This document shows positions 24,026-37,822 of a DNA stretch of 64,000 nt, in pieces. The translations under genes were made by a program, and so were the position numbers. Positions within the stretch are counted from its first letter, which is position 1, and each line of letters opens with the position of its first letter. The stretch lies in contig ADNK01000023.1 in assembly GCA_000320545.1 (NCBI GenBank), positions 1-64,000 on the forward strand, written 5' to 3'. Under the pieces are notes generated by a model, which had not been told where the DNA came from, did no database searches, and saw only the letters and a program-made list of their open reading frames with translations. The stretch is from Bigelowiella natans CCMP2755. Its lineage: Eukaryota; Protista; Cercozoa.

Positions 24026-25649
24026 CTTTACATCCTAACATCTCAACTCTGCAAAATGCCATCTAACAAGCCTGCATTCATGTCGTTCACATTCCATTAG
24101 TGTGTTTTTTTTGTGTTTGCCTTTGTATTTACATGCTGATCGGGTGTATCATCGCCACGCAACCACGTGTCTGACTAACCTGGTAACACTGGCGTTTGTG
24201 GACGTCAGCCTGCCAGACCCACATTTCAGACAACTTGCCATGCATCATGCACAGCATCCACACTAGCTAGCTAGCTCTAGATGCATGCTGGCATGCAGCA
24301 GACGGAACCCTGCGCTTTCTGTCGCGCATTGCAGTTGTTGACAGATAGCTAGATAGGTTGCAATGCACTCGTCATCCAGACTGTTAGATCATCAAATGCT
24401 CCCTGCTAGCCAGCTATAGCTGGGTGCATGCAAGCATGACAGCGGCTGGGCCTGTGATCTAGCTAGCTAGCAACATGCTAGCATGCACGTGCACGCACGT
24501 TCACGGTTTGGCGTTGCATGCTAGCATGCGCACTTGTCATTTGTGCACCATCTGGATTGCTAGATTGCGTGCACGCATCGTTGATGGCCCAGAAAGTGCT
24601 GTCTCTCATTACGGCATTGCAGTTCGCATCACACAATGTGATTGTTTGTCTGGTCACACGCACTTCCCTGCTGCCATCTAGCCATGCCAGCACGACGAAC
24701 GTGCACGCTCGCAATGAGTTCGGCCCACAGAATCGGTGGTTGATTGCAACTAGGCAACATGGTGTGCATGGCTAGATGGCATGATGCTGATCATTGCACA
24801 AATCGTGTGACGCATTGGAGGATTTCCAGGCTTTCAATGATTGTGCTGTGTGCGTTGTGGCGTTGACTTGCATTGTTGTGGTGGTCAAGTTCGCATCAAC
24901 TGCGTGGAGAGCGAACAAGGGAACGAAGAGTTTCCATCGGCGCAGTCATCAGAGGATCAAAAGAAGGTTGAAGTGGCGTTGGCATTGGTGTCAGCTCTCA
25001 TCCAATCAATGGATGATGTTTTGATGCACGTGAGTCTTGTTGGAGACCATCTGCCACACGATTCTGTCTTCACAGTGGACTCTTGACGCCGGAAAAGTCT
25101 TTCTCGGTCTGACGCTTGCTACAGTGGGCTACAAATAAATGGATGAATGAAAAACTGTTGTCGCAAACATTTGTTAGCCTTCATGTACTAATCTGCCTCG
25201 TCACGTGCGCTCACCATTGCGCCTGAATGACATCAGCTAAGTTGAAGATGTCGCAGCACAAATGAAACAAGTTGTTATTTCCAAAAATTCTAATGACTGA
25301 GAATTTAGTCCTACGACAACCCAATCTAGAATTGATCTTATCCAAATGCATGAGGAGTGGAAACGCTTCCCTCCCGAAAGGGCTCCGCAGCTGAACTGAA
25401 ATCCAGGTGGAAACTGCTGAAAATCGTGTCTTTTAGGAAAATTCTTACTGTTTTTCTTTTTTTTTCTTTCCCACAAATCAAACTCCAAAACACAACTTGC
25501 GTAACAAGCGAAGAAGGTGTGGTTAGGGGGGGGGGCGATGATGCAGGCAGAAATTGACGATATATGAGCAATAGAATATGTTTCTTACACAAAGTCGAGA
25601 CATCCTGTCCTAATGTCCGGTGTATGTTGTAGCAACTATAAGAGATGCT

Positions 25650-27677
25650 GCAGAAAACATTCTTCAGTACTCCACGAAAGACGAATGGCAAAAGGACGAT
25701 AAAACTGCTCAGAAAAGAGCGAGGCATTATGATGAATTTTTCATGTAAGTAAAGTTGTCGTACATTAGAACAATGTTCTTTCACTGCATTATTGTTATCA
25801 TTAGCAACAACGTTGATAACGTTCTACGAAGGAGAGACTCCGATAGAGTACCTCGAAGGGCGTCTTCATGAGATGTACCGAGCAAACCCATGGCTAAATG
25901 GCCGACTTGTAACCGATCCCCAAGCTCGTGAACCTGTAATTCAATACGACGAAATGAGTTCTGTCTCCGTAGACAACGATGATTACAACGCTGGCAATCT
26001 TCTCCAAGTTTTGAACCTGGATTTAAATATCCAAACCCCGTATCATGTTATGGCGTCTATGTGTGAAGCAGCCATCGTAAAAAATGGATTGGTAAAAGAT
26101 CATTTGAACATTTAAATATTTGATAAATTGATTAAGTTTATATATGTTGGTCAACGAATCTTCTAATTTATTAGAGATCTTTAGATAAGGACGAGAAATT
26201 GTTCAAGGTTTCTACAATATCTACAATGAAGTTGTGTATAAAATATAGACTATTGTTTTAGGTCTCGATCATCATAGACAAATCATCAAGAAATAAATTC
26301 GCGCTGATTGTATCTCTAAGCCATGTAGCAGGTCTTTATGTCTTGAAACATGTCTTTGAATTTTGTAAGGATTCGAGATGGATGAACACTTTGGCTAAAT
26401 TTAGGCGACGGTGCCAGCTTCTACTCTATATACCAGATGCTCGACAAAGATGCACATGTCCGCCTGCGATAATAACATTTTCGTTTGTTTTCTAGATCCG
26501 TTTCTTATTCTAAAGTACTGGTATGAATCCTACTTTCAGATCCAAAAGCTAAAAATCGATCGAAAATTCGATTACGAACTCTGTGAACAAGAAATATTGG
26601 GTAAATTAATCATGAGCTACTAGCGATGGAATATTCTGAGACTAATTTGTATATAAGGTCTATCGAACGAAAGGCATTGTTCTACATTTTCGTTCCTTGT
26701 TCCTTTCATCCTTTCGAAGCTTCGTAGGAAGATCATTGGAGCCAAAACTACTGCGGCATTTCTCAACGTAAGCACAGTTCATATTGAAAAAGTGAAGCGA
26801 AAGTTTATGAAGGAATTAGAGGAGAAAAAAGATACGGACACTAGAAGTAGTTCAAGTGAAAGAAAGGAAGTGGAGTTCATATCAACAAACGACATACTCA
26901 CATCCTGGTAACAAATCTCTATATTTAAATCATGTGGAAGTTTTGCTCATCATGCGTTGAATGTTCATAGAGCTAACAGTATTGTATGTAAAGGTTTTTG
27001 AAGCTTGTGAATGCACCGTTGGGTCTCATGGCAATGAACATGCGCGGCCGCACCGGTGTTTTTTCTTTGCTCTGTGGAGTTCATTTTGTCACTGAAAATT
27101 GTAAGCAGGTGCTTTAGATCTTGATAGCAAACAAGTTGGGAACTACGAGGCAGGGATATACTATGCAAAATCGGACTATCAATCTCCTGTAAGTTGCCTT
27201 GACAAAAAATTCGAAATAGCTCAGATTTCTTGGTAATCATTAGGCTCTGATCCGTAAGTCGGTAAAAACTCGAAGACGTGCAGCATCACCTGCAACATCA
27301 CTTCCATCGCTGTTTAAGATGCTGTGCAGTTATCGAAAAATGGGTGTCGTCTCTAATTGGGCGTCATTTTTAGAGGTAGGGTATTTATTATAGTATTTAT
27401 TATAATGTTTACTCAAATTAGCGATAAGTTTTCCTATTCGTGTACACAGGAGGATTTAAAATTGCCGGCTTGTAGACAATTGATTCACTTGCCACTCTAT
27501 GATCTCAATAGCATGAGTACAGCAGGACCCGGTTACAGCAGCTGCATTTTGTTTCGTCCTAAAAAGCGCAAACTCGCTTTATTTATAGCTGGTGAAGAAA
27601 ATTTAATTTCTTCATTGAAGAATCAATCAATCCTCGGAAAATCAGTGTTCGAGAAACGTCGTAAATGTAAGGAATAA
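25650..27677 (+). CDS. CoA-dependent acyltransferase / condensation-fold (HXXXD) protein, multi-exon; start uncertain
   Basis: ITFYEG...NPWLNGRL; FALIVSLSHVA|GDGASFY (HXXXDG across an intron); FISTNDILTSW (BAHD-like STND box); short AT-rich introns. Confidence 0.7.
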
Positions 27678-28145
27678 TTTCACTTATTCCACACATTTGT
27701 TGATTGTAGATTAAACTCAACAAGCGAAACATCGGCTGGCACGCTAGCACGCTTCACGTTAGCATGATACGTATGTGCTACACAGGCAGAATGCTAAAAC
27801 AAATAAAATATGCATATGATTAAAGAATCAGTAGTCTAACAAGTATGCCTGGATGCATTAAAAAATGAGCACGTATGCTGGCTGACACCGTTGCTTGAAA
27901 ACCCATAACTACATACGCGCGTATTAGCTCAAGTTTTCTTATGCATGCCATCTAAAATCAGCCATTTTCAATCAATCTGTCTGTATTCTAGTTTTAGGCC
28001 TGGTTTTGTTTACATTCGCAGTGCATTTCTGTTATACTTGCATTTCCATAATGTATGTTCGCGCGCTGTTATATGAAACTTGCCATCCAAGGCTTATTTT
28101 CATAACTGTTTAAAGTCTATGAACCCATGCATTGCAATAACTTTT

Positions 28146-28511
28146 TCACAGATCTTGTATGATGTCTCGAAATTGCTGCGGGTTAATGCCGCTGGCCTGC
28201 ATACGCTCGTGAAAATCTTCCTTCAGGTTTCGCATCTCTGCTTCCACCTCTCTTCCTAACTTTCCTGTTTCCGGATTATTTACCTTTTTATACAAAATCA
28301 CCTTTTGATATTTATAATTTAATTTGTAGTTATTTATGTTCATGAAATGTCTAAAATGCATAAATATTTACAATGCCTTTCAATATAAATATAAATATAT
28401 GACTATAAACCATTAGATGTTCATTCTATTATGTTATTGAAATAATATGGTCACCCTCTCTCGGTCTTTCGAACAATATTGAACATATCATTTAAAATTG
28501 ATATATATGTG

Positions 28512-28550
<39 letters not shown>

Positions 28551-31197
28551 TTGTGAGTATACTTGCGCATTAAAATCATGAAAAAAAATAAAGAAAGAGC
28601 TTAACCCGTCTATCATGTTCATCGCCTGCTGCATCGACGCCCCCACCAGTCCGGAGAGACCAACACGCTACGTTTTAAAAAAGAATGCACATAGTTGTTT
28701 AGAAATATATCGGGATGCTGATTCGATGAAGGCTAGATGTCAAATATATATTATGTATTGCATTACCTGAGCAGCAATCCCAGGAACATTTGTCGCAATG
28801 ATAGAATTCAGAGATCTCCTGAGAAGGTTACTCGTGTTTTACCGTGAAAGAGGGAGAGAGAGAGAGAGAGAGAGATCATGTTGTGGTGTCAGCGGATAGA
28901 CAGGTCACCTGCATCGATTTGCTACAGATATCGCAGTCCGGATACTCATCGTATCTAAAGATCATAATAATCATAATGATCATCACAATCGTAATCATCC
29001 TCGTCCTCCTCATTTTTACTTGCTCAGTCATTTCCCGGTTTGACAGTGTTTTCTTAAAATGTGACTGTATGATGATGATGATTATGATGATGATCATGAT
29101 GATGATGAAAATTACTCCCGAGGATATCGGCCGTTAAAGTACTCGCAGTCGTGGCCACTGGGACATTGCTACACACGCACAGCAGAAGAAAAATAATAAG
29201 TATGTATTTGTATCTCCTCATGAGGATGTGTGTTTCTGATTTTAGTAACTTATACACACACAAACATAGACACAGACATAGACAAATACGCACCGAGTCA
29301 AAGCCCAACAGCTGTGACTTTTCCGGGAACCTAACAACGACATTCCATGACCAGATTTATGTTTGTTAAGCTCGATTTCTGCTCTATTCACTGATTTCTG
29401 GTATCTTCCCCTCTTCTTCTTCTTCTTCTTCTTCTTCTTCTTCTGTGTTCTGCCGTCTGCTGCAATGCATGCAACCGTTCACCGGATATTCCTCATTGGG
29501 TAGAAAGTCGGCTTGTTGTTGGGGAAAAGAATGGGGTCCAAGTCCCTCGTGAGGATGCAACTGGATGATAATGGCGACGATGATGATGATGATTATTATT
29601 ATTATCATTATTATTAATAATATTTCTATTTAACGATAGAATCAACATTGAAGAATAGGAGCAACAGTATTTAAAAAGTACATGGACACAAACACAAACA
29701 CACAACACACACACACACACACACACACAATCAAACACGCACGTAATTTGTGTTTGTGTGTGTATTCTATTGAAAAAAAAATAGCAAGTGAAAACAGTCT
29801 GGGATATCGTATCATGCTGATATGGGAGGAAAAACCAAACACGGTCTTTCCTTCTTATTCTTTTGTTACAACAGAGACACATAGTACCCGTCCTCTTTCA
29901 CTTCACGTACGATAGCAGGATACCTGAAATATGAATGTCACCATCACTATCACCACCATCAGTTATCTCTATAGTCGTCGTTAATGTCATAGTAGTAACA
30001 GCGTCCTATCATGTTGGTGACTACAGCTGTTTGAATGAACATCGTTCTTCTTGTTGTTATGCAGTGCTGCGATTCGATGTGGGAGTTCCCTCAAACCATA
30101 CCACATCTCCTTCCCAGGGACGAAGGGGTTGTCGTACGTGCGCACCTCCACTGTGGCGCCGGACCTGCATCATGTGTTTGCAGTTTATACTTACAAATCA
30201 AGGCGTGTAGCTATCTATGTATGTGTATGCGCGCGCGCGCGCGTGTGTGTGTGTGTGGGGGGGGGGGGGGGAAAGTGTATGGGCAGCGCGAGAAATAAGC
30301 CATCGTTATCGTTGTTGTTGTTGTTGTTGTTGTTGTCATTGGTATTGTATTCCGCGCACCGGAGCGTCGGGTCTCGCTCCTCACTATCCTGATCGCTGCT
30401 ATGGCCTGGAAATCCCATCTTCGTTCCGTCATCCTCGTCCAAGCCAGGGTATCTTCACGTAGCAGCAAACACATCAGAGAACCATCTTGACAAAGTGGCA
30501 TTGAGAATTACTTATAACTTTCCTTATTAGGAGGAAGAGGTGTCTGAACAGCATCCTTAAATGTGCTATTTGGCACGTTATTATATATATTTGATGATGT
30601 TACTACTACTGCTACTACTACTACTAGTACTAGTAGTAGTAGTAATACCCCAGGTCAGGATCTCTTCCGCCAATATACATAGGCTCCTCGTCTTCATCCT
30701 GCTCTTCTGAAAAGACGACGACGACGACGACGACGACGAATAAAAGTGTGAATGCGCCGTGATGATAACCCCAATCTTCGAGCGCCGCGCACTCACCAAT
30801 TGACAACAATTCTATTGACATCCAGCCATGCCTTTGGTGCAAGTAATAGCGCAGACCTGAGGCGGACGGCATGACCGTGGGGTACTTGGAGATCGGTGCG
30901 AAAGCTTGCATAATCTGCAAAAATAAGGTAGGAAATAACGACGATTGGCTATCCATCACTACGGTCTCACCCATCATTTGGCACATTTATCAGCATTCAC
31001 CATCAAGAGCACGCTCGCTTGCTACTACTATTGTATGTAGTGGTACCTCCATGCGTCCTGTGGTGGGGGATTGGATCTGTGCTCGGGGGATCATCCGGCC
31101 AAAGAATAACACCAGGACGGACGGCGAAGAAGGCGCAAAAGGAGTCGACATATCAGCAGGGATGATCGATTCAATTGCATTCCATGGTAAATCAGAA

Positions 31198-31238
<41 letters not shown>

Positions 31239-31508
31239 TACAGACCGACCATGGAACTCCCAATCATCATCATCATTATTACTATTATCATTAGTAATCA
31301 TCAGTGCTTTCACCAGCAGCCCACTACTAGTATTACTACCACCCCCCCCACCATTACCACCAGCACCTTGATATGCCGCAACACGTCTACTGGGCTCTTC
31401 GGAAACACCTTAGCCATGGAAATGCTCCGCAAGAAATCGCCACTCTGATCAAAATATATTATTAGATAAAACATATGTGGAAAATTACAGCATAAGGTGA
31501 GAAGGAGC

Positions 31509-31549
<41 letters not shown>

Positions 31550-32330
31550 TCAGCACAATCAAGAAGAATCGAATGCACATATCGGCATATCGACTTTCTT
31601 CAAAAACATAAATCTAGAAAAAAAGACTACTCCTCTCAATACTATTCAATGCAAAGAAATCCTCTTCGTCGCGATCTCACCAGCAAAGACACATCCAGGG
31701 TCCCATCCGTGTGCCGTGCTTCAATACTGACGTTCACGGAGGGGGCAAGGGCGAAGGTGAAGGAGGGGAGGAGTAGCAGAAAAGCATAAGGACAACCCAA
31801 AAAAATTGCTCGCACTCAGCACTCGCTCGTGGAATTGATATTAACTCGCACGTTGTGAGGTTGGAAGAGTTAGGAGCCTTAATGTGATTTCTGATGTTGC
31901 TCAGGGACAATCAAGAGCGTGTAGTTTGACTCACGTGCAAGGCAGCCAGACGTCGGTCGGCTTTCCATCAATACCCGTCAGCTGAAGAAGAAGAAGCAGA
32001 AGAAGAAGAAGAAAACAATCACAAACACAGCCACGAACACATCGATTTTCATCTTAGAATTTCTTGCCCATTCTAGCGAAGGTCCCCTACCATGACAGTA
32101 TTATTGCCACGACAATGTACTAATTATAGCATAGAAATGAGTATGCCTCCCCCCCTCCTTCGTAAAAGGAGAAGGAGGACCTAGGATACATCTGGTAATA
32201 CCTGTATCTTGTGCTGGTTGATGCTGTACTCCTCCTGCACAGCTGCTACCGTAGGAGGAGGAGGAGGAGGAACAAGAGAAAGGATAATAAGTATTAGAAA
32301 GTAATCGAGGAGAATTGGTCAAGAGCCATC

Positions 32331-32365
<35 letters not shown>

Positions 32366-32809
32366 TCAAGTGTGTGTGTGTGTGTGTGTTTGTGTGTGTG
32401 TGAGTGTCAATAAGAAGGCATTATATATGATATCAGCAATGCGCACGCTCCCTCCCTCCCCCCCCTCTTTCCTCCACATCTCTCTACTACCTTGCTTTTG
32501 GTCCATCTTGACCTCCTCCTCGAGCACCTCTAGCCGCACCTGCAATCACAATGCACGACAGGGGGGGAGAGAGACAGGTAATAATTGTGGGTAGGTTCAT
32601 AAAGTCATTGTACGCGTTGTGCTTTTCCACTTTCTCACACCCTCTTCTAGCTTATATTCTCGAATGATTCCACTACTACTACAAACTACTACTACGATGA
32701 CGGCGACGTAATGGTTGTTGGAAGATGGTATATACAGTAGTTAGCAGTGGCACCTTGATCTGCTGGGCTCTAAGAAAGTCAGTCCTGTTGAAGCAGTAGC
32801 AGCAGCAGT

Positions 32810-32841
<32 letters not shown>

Positions 32842-32911
32842 TGGTAGTAGTGGTAGTAGTAGTAGGAAACGTTAATTCGTATGATCTCCTCGCCCACGGG
32901 AGACTTCACTT

Positions 32912-32954
<43 letters not shown>

Positions 32955-33416
32955 TGTGCTTGTGTTTGTGTGTTACCGGTCTGCAGCCTCCAGCATCTCC
33001 ATCCGAAGTGCCTCTATCTGGAGAAAGGAAGAGGAAGGAGTAGAGTAAGGGGGGTGATATACATAGCAGCAGCAGCAGCAAGATCGAGGTACTTATCTGT
33101 GGGAGAAAACTAAGTGAATAAGAGAGTGCATACGTGTATGCATACGTGCATGAGTGTGCGTATCGTGTGCTATCACTACCTCCTCCTCCCTCGTCGAGGT
33201 CGGGTCTAACCCCCCACATAGTATTATCGGCCATTGACAACGGGGAAGCAAAAAAAGGGGGTGGGGAGGGTTGGAGGAAACAATAAATGTCAATCATCGA
33301 GCATCCGTTGGTGAGAAACATAAAAGCATAATGTCAAAAGAAGATCTATTATGAATAGAGCGCAGCAGAGTATGGAGGATGAATCCTCTATATAGAAAGA
33401 CTATATTATATACGCG

Positions 33417-33457
<41 letters not shown>

Positions 33458-34010
33458 TATATCATGTTATAATTCACAATCCGTGCTGCGACCAGGCAAA
33501 CCAGCTACTGCAGAGTTCGGGCTGAATAGCTTGACGCTTACCTTCTTTCAGGCGCTTCTTGTTGCCTTCCTTACCTTGAGCCGTCGGTCCCATTGCAAAG
33601 CCCAACCTACCAATAAGGACGATGATGATAGTGGAGGTGGTGGTGGGTGATGACGATCACGGTCCAGAAGGGGGGGAGGGGGGGGAGGGGGGGGGGGGGG
33701 GGGGGTGAACCTTAGATACTCGGTCTCGTTTTCACGGCGAACAAGCGTAGTTCCATCCACGATGCCGCGGTCCCGCCACCTCAAGATCTGCGCAGTAGTC
33801 AAGGGAGAGATATTATTGCTGTTGGTATGAAACGGGAGAGCAGCAGAGAAGAAGATGGCAAGGAAGAAGAAGAAGAAGAAGCATGTTTCTAGATCGGATC
33901 TCCATTCAATTACGCAGAAGTACGAGAGAAGGGTGAATAGCATTAGGGTTAGCATGAATCGTCGTGATTGTCATAATATCGGTAACTATCCTCCCATGCA
34001 CGCACTATTG

Positions 34011-34051
<41 letters not shown>

Positions 34052-34186
34052 CTCGCAAAGGAGGAGAGAGGGAGGGTAAGGTCTTCTTCTGTGCTTTACT
34101 CTTTTATAACAAAAGGAATACACCGACCGTCGCCACAACCGTCCTAATTTCTTCTTTCAGAAAGCAGCAGCAGCAGCAGTAGCATC

Positions 34187-34221
<35 letters not shown>

Positions 34222-34270
34222 TCTCCTATGTAGTACTAGTGCTACTAGGTTGCTATCCATATTATTGTTA

Positions 34271-34305
<35 letters not shown>

Positions 34306-34674
34306 TGCTCCTCGCACCAAGGGCCATATCTGAAGAGAGTACGTAAAATGTAATTGTATTTGATGATTCGAGGAGTGATGCGAGCGACGAAAGTCACAAA
34401 CAAGGATAAGACAGTAATGGAAAGCATGCTATATTTGGCAGCAGTTCCTACTAACAGAGCTGATGCTATAGTTGCTCGATAAATTAATGCTTCTTACTCT
34501 TGGCCAACCGACGATCGCTTATAGAACCACAGACATCCGCCCGTCCTCATCGCTGCAGGTATCACGCCGTTAGCATGCATGTTCCACGAATACCGCCGAT
34601 ATCTACGCATAGCCTAGACACATGAACGACTTGCACGTGGCAGCTATCCGTGTGTGCGTGCATGTGCATGCGTC

Positions 34675-34720
<46 letters not shown>

Positions 34721-35693
34721 CCTCTTCTCAAACCTCTTTTTCGTTGCACTTTGAACATATTCGTGCGAGAGCGAGAGGTCTTTTTTGACGATATGGGGAG
34801 GAGGAATGACATAGAGGAGTGGTTGGGTTGAGAGGTAATGGAGGAGAGGAAAAGAAAAGGAGGAGAGTCTTAGTGAGAGACGATTGGCGGTGGTAGATAG
34901 TATCAAAAGAGGAAGGGAAGAGAAAAGAACATTGCAAAAAGGGAGGTTGAGATTTGGCCCTGTATGCTGCATCATACGGAAAGACACAAGCGACGGTGGC
35001 TCATGGAAGAAGTGCCATCGTAGCATGAGATGGATGATGGTAATACCTTTGCCAAACGCCCGGAGAGAATCTAATCGTACACACAGGATCACATTCAACA
35101 ACAACAACAATGATGATGACGAAGACGGTGAGCGGTACAAAATGGCACGGCTGATTGGCATGTTGCGGCGTAAACAAATGCGAGAGTGATGGTGACAACT
35201 CGGGAGGATCATCAGGCTTGCTGACCTCCATCGCCCTCGTCTTAGAATTGTTTTCTTCGGGCATAGTCTCCGTCATCTCAATTGCGCGGTTTTTGTATCG
35301 TTTGAGGATGTCCTCGAATCCCAACCCTGCTGCTGCGTCACCGCCACCACCGAAGCCAGCTCCCACAGGGAACGCTGAGCATCGTTTACAACGAGAATGT
35401 AGGAACGTTAGAGTAGGGCGTTGTTCATGTTATCGATGCTTGGGTGTCGGAAATTTAGGTCCAAGAGCACGCGCAGAATACTCATTTTTGTACCACACGT
35501 AAATCTACCTTGAAACTTTCTCCGAGAGGCGCCAGTCCTTGTTCCCCCTCTCCAGAAGGCTGATAAGGTAACCTGGGTGGTGGCGAGGTACTTGAGCACT
35601 CCCATACATGCATGGAGGATATCGATCATCGCGCAGAGTCTTACCACAAAGAGCAGTGTCACTGTGAGTCTTAATGATCTTGACTGTTCGCAT
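28146..35693 (-). CDS. Large hypothetical multi-exon protein with a GYF_2 (DUF4339)-like domain and Cys-rich C-terminal region (could be two genes)
   Basis: Spliced LWFYKRSSVGQE|YGPWCEEQ|ILRWRDRGIVDGTTLVRRENETEYL fits the GYF_2 pattern. CDIC and HCDKCSWDCC occur near the 3' end; the last exon is the 28146 ORF. Confidence 0.55.
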
Positions 35694-36016
35694 CTCCCTC
35701 GGATTAATTGCTGATGAGACTCTCCCGAGAGTGAGGGGGGCGGTACCATAGGCTTATATCACCAACTTCAGCTGTCTACTCTTTCTAACCCTCCCCCCTC
35801 CTCCTCCCTCACGTGTACTCGCTGAGCACGTGTGGAAATTGAGAACCCAAATTGGAGCTAAATTTATGGGTAGAACTTCTATATTTTGGTATATTTTACA
35901 CCAGAATCGGGAAATTGTCACGATCTGATTTTCGAATCTTTTTAATCCTTCTTATCGGTTATTTGTAGCTCAAAAAATTTCCCATTTTCCGTTCCGAACG
36001 ATCACTGTGGCCAGCT

Positions 36017-37791
36017 ATGAGGCTGCGATGGGGGTGGTGTGCGCACCAGTTGCATTCAACTGAACGCCCTGCTTCTTTGCCCCCTAAAAGTGTCTACCTA
36101 ATCTCTTTCCTTTATTTCCATAGGGTACCTTCATGGAGGGCAGAACTGCGGCGTCGGGGCCGGCTGCGGCCGGGAAAAATAGGCACATTGCAATGTCGAT
36201 CCCGCAGCACGTTATCGTCCATCGAGTCCGCCGCTGCGGAGGGGGGAGACTCGTCGTCGGTGCAGCTGTCAATTTCGAACCCAGCTTTACTTCTCAACAA
36301 CGTATCACATCGATACGCGACCCTAAGCCGCATTCTAATGGAGTATATTGATAACGCAATCGACGATAAAGAGGAAGAGCATCGGCTGAATGGAAGGTGT
36401 GGTGTAAGGATTGGGTGGTGGCGATGGTGATGGATGGACGGATGATGGTGATCATGCGTATTGACCGCTCCACTTCCCAGATATTGAGCTATGGAGTATC
36501 TGATCTCTGTGTCCTCTCAGGTATCTTGAGCCACTACAACTTCTCGTTGATGTGAAGATCGACAAATCCTGCAAGGGAGGGGCACAGGTGAGGGAGATAG
36601 CTGTACGAGATAATGCCAGAGGGATGGCAAGGGCAAAACTAATGCGACTTCTAGAGCATATCGGCGAGGTGACGATAAATCCCATCCCTCACACTAAATT
36701 TCACCCTCACAGCTAGTGGAAATCGCAACGAGCGAGTACAAATGCAAACATCAACAAACCTTCTCCTCCCCCCCCCCCCCCCACCTCGAACTTCATCAGT
36801 CCGAGAAGAAGCTAACTCCATGGCTGAACGGGCAATTTGGATTCGGGATGCACGCCTTCCGTGCCGCAGCGGAGCAGATGGTTGTGCGCACTCGCCATGA
36901 AGACGACGACGCCACCTACGAGCTCAATATCCATCGCATGGAGACTAGTTTCCGACCCGCCCAGGTCTCCTCGCAGCCTCTTGAGCACGCATCCTCGAGA
37001 AGTACCGGCACCGAGGTTATCTTGAAAGGTATCGACCCTGATTGGGCCAGGGAACTCCTGCCTGCTACCACGGCTGGTGATCAGAGCATGAATGCTGCCC
37101 CCTCCCAACACGCTCTTGTGAGCGAGATCGAGCTACACTTCGAGCGGCTGCTGAGCCGCGAGAACCTATCCGTCAAGGTGAGGGAGACAACAGTGACGAG
37201 GGCGACAGAAGAATGAGGAGGAAGAGAGGAGGGCGGCGGAGAGTGATGACGAGCCAGGAGTATGACTGCAAAGCTTTTGATTACAACGCCATCGGAGGCA
37301 AGGACTTCAAACTGGGGAGTGATGACAAGAAGGAAGAGGAGAGAGAGCGAAATGGGAAAGTCCATGACGACGACACTATGGACGTAGCCTTTCCCTCCTC
37401 CTCCTCATCATCAGCATCAGCAGCAGCAGCAGCAGCGCCACGGCTGTCCCTTCATCTCAAGGTGGCAGACAGGGAATACGAGGGCCAGCGCGCGCGCGTG
37501 TTCTTGCTGGGGCGGCGCATCAATGAAATCGGCAACATCCAGTCCTTCATCAGGAGATCGAAGTATAAGCAGCAGCTCTGGTCACACCCTCAACTAGTTG
37601 GCTACATCGAGGTGGCGGGTGCTCTAGATGGGGGGCAGCGTGGAGAGGAGGGCGGAGGGGGGGGGGGGGCATTGAGCCTGTGATTACCCGCGACGAGTTC
37701 AAGAGGAACGGTGCGAGGGAGCGGCTCTACAAAGAGCTATATGCCCTTGAGGATGAGCTCTTCAAGGCACTCAACGCAGAACTAGAAAAGC

Positions 37792-37822
<31 letters not shown>

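Noticed and set aside
37178-37257. Programmed frameshift between ORFs 36716-37216 and 37213-37683
   Set aside because: A GTGAGG...CCAG intron joins the frames cleanly (NLSVK|EYDCK).
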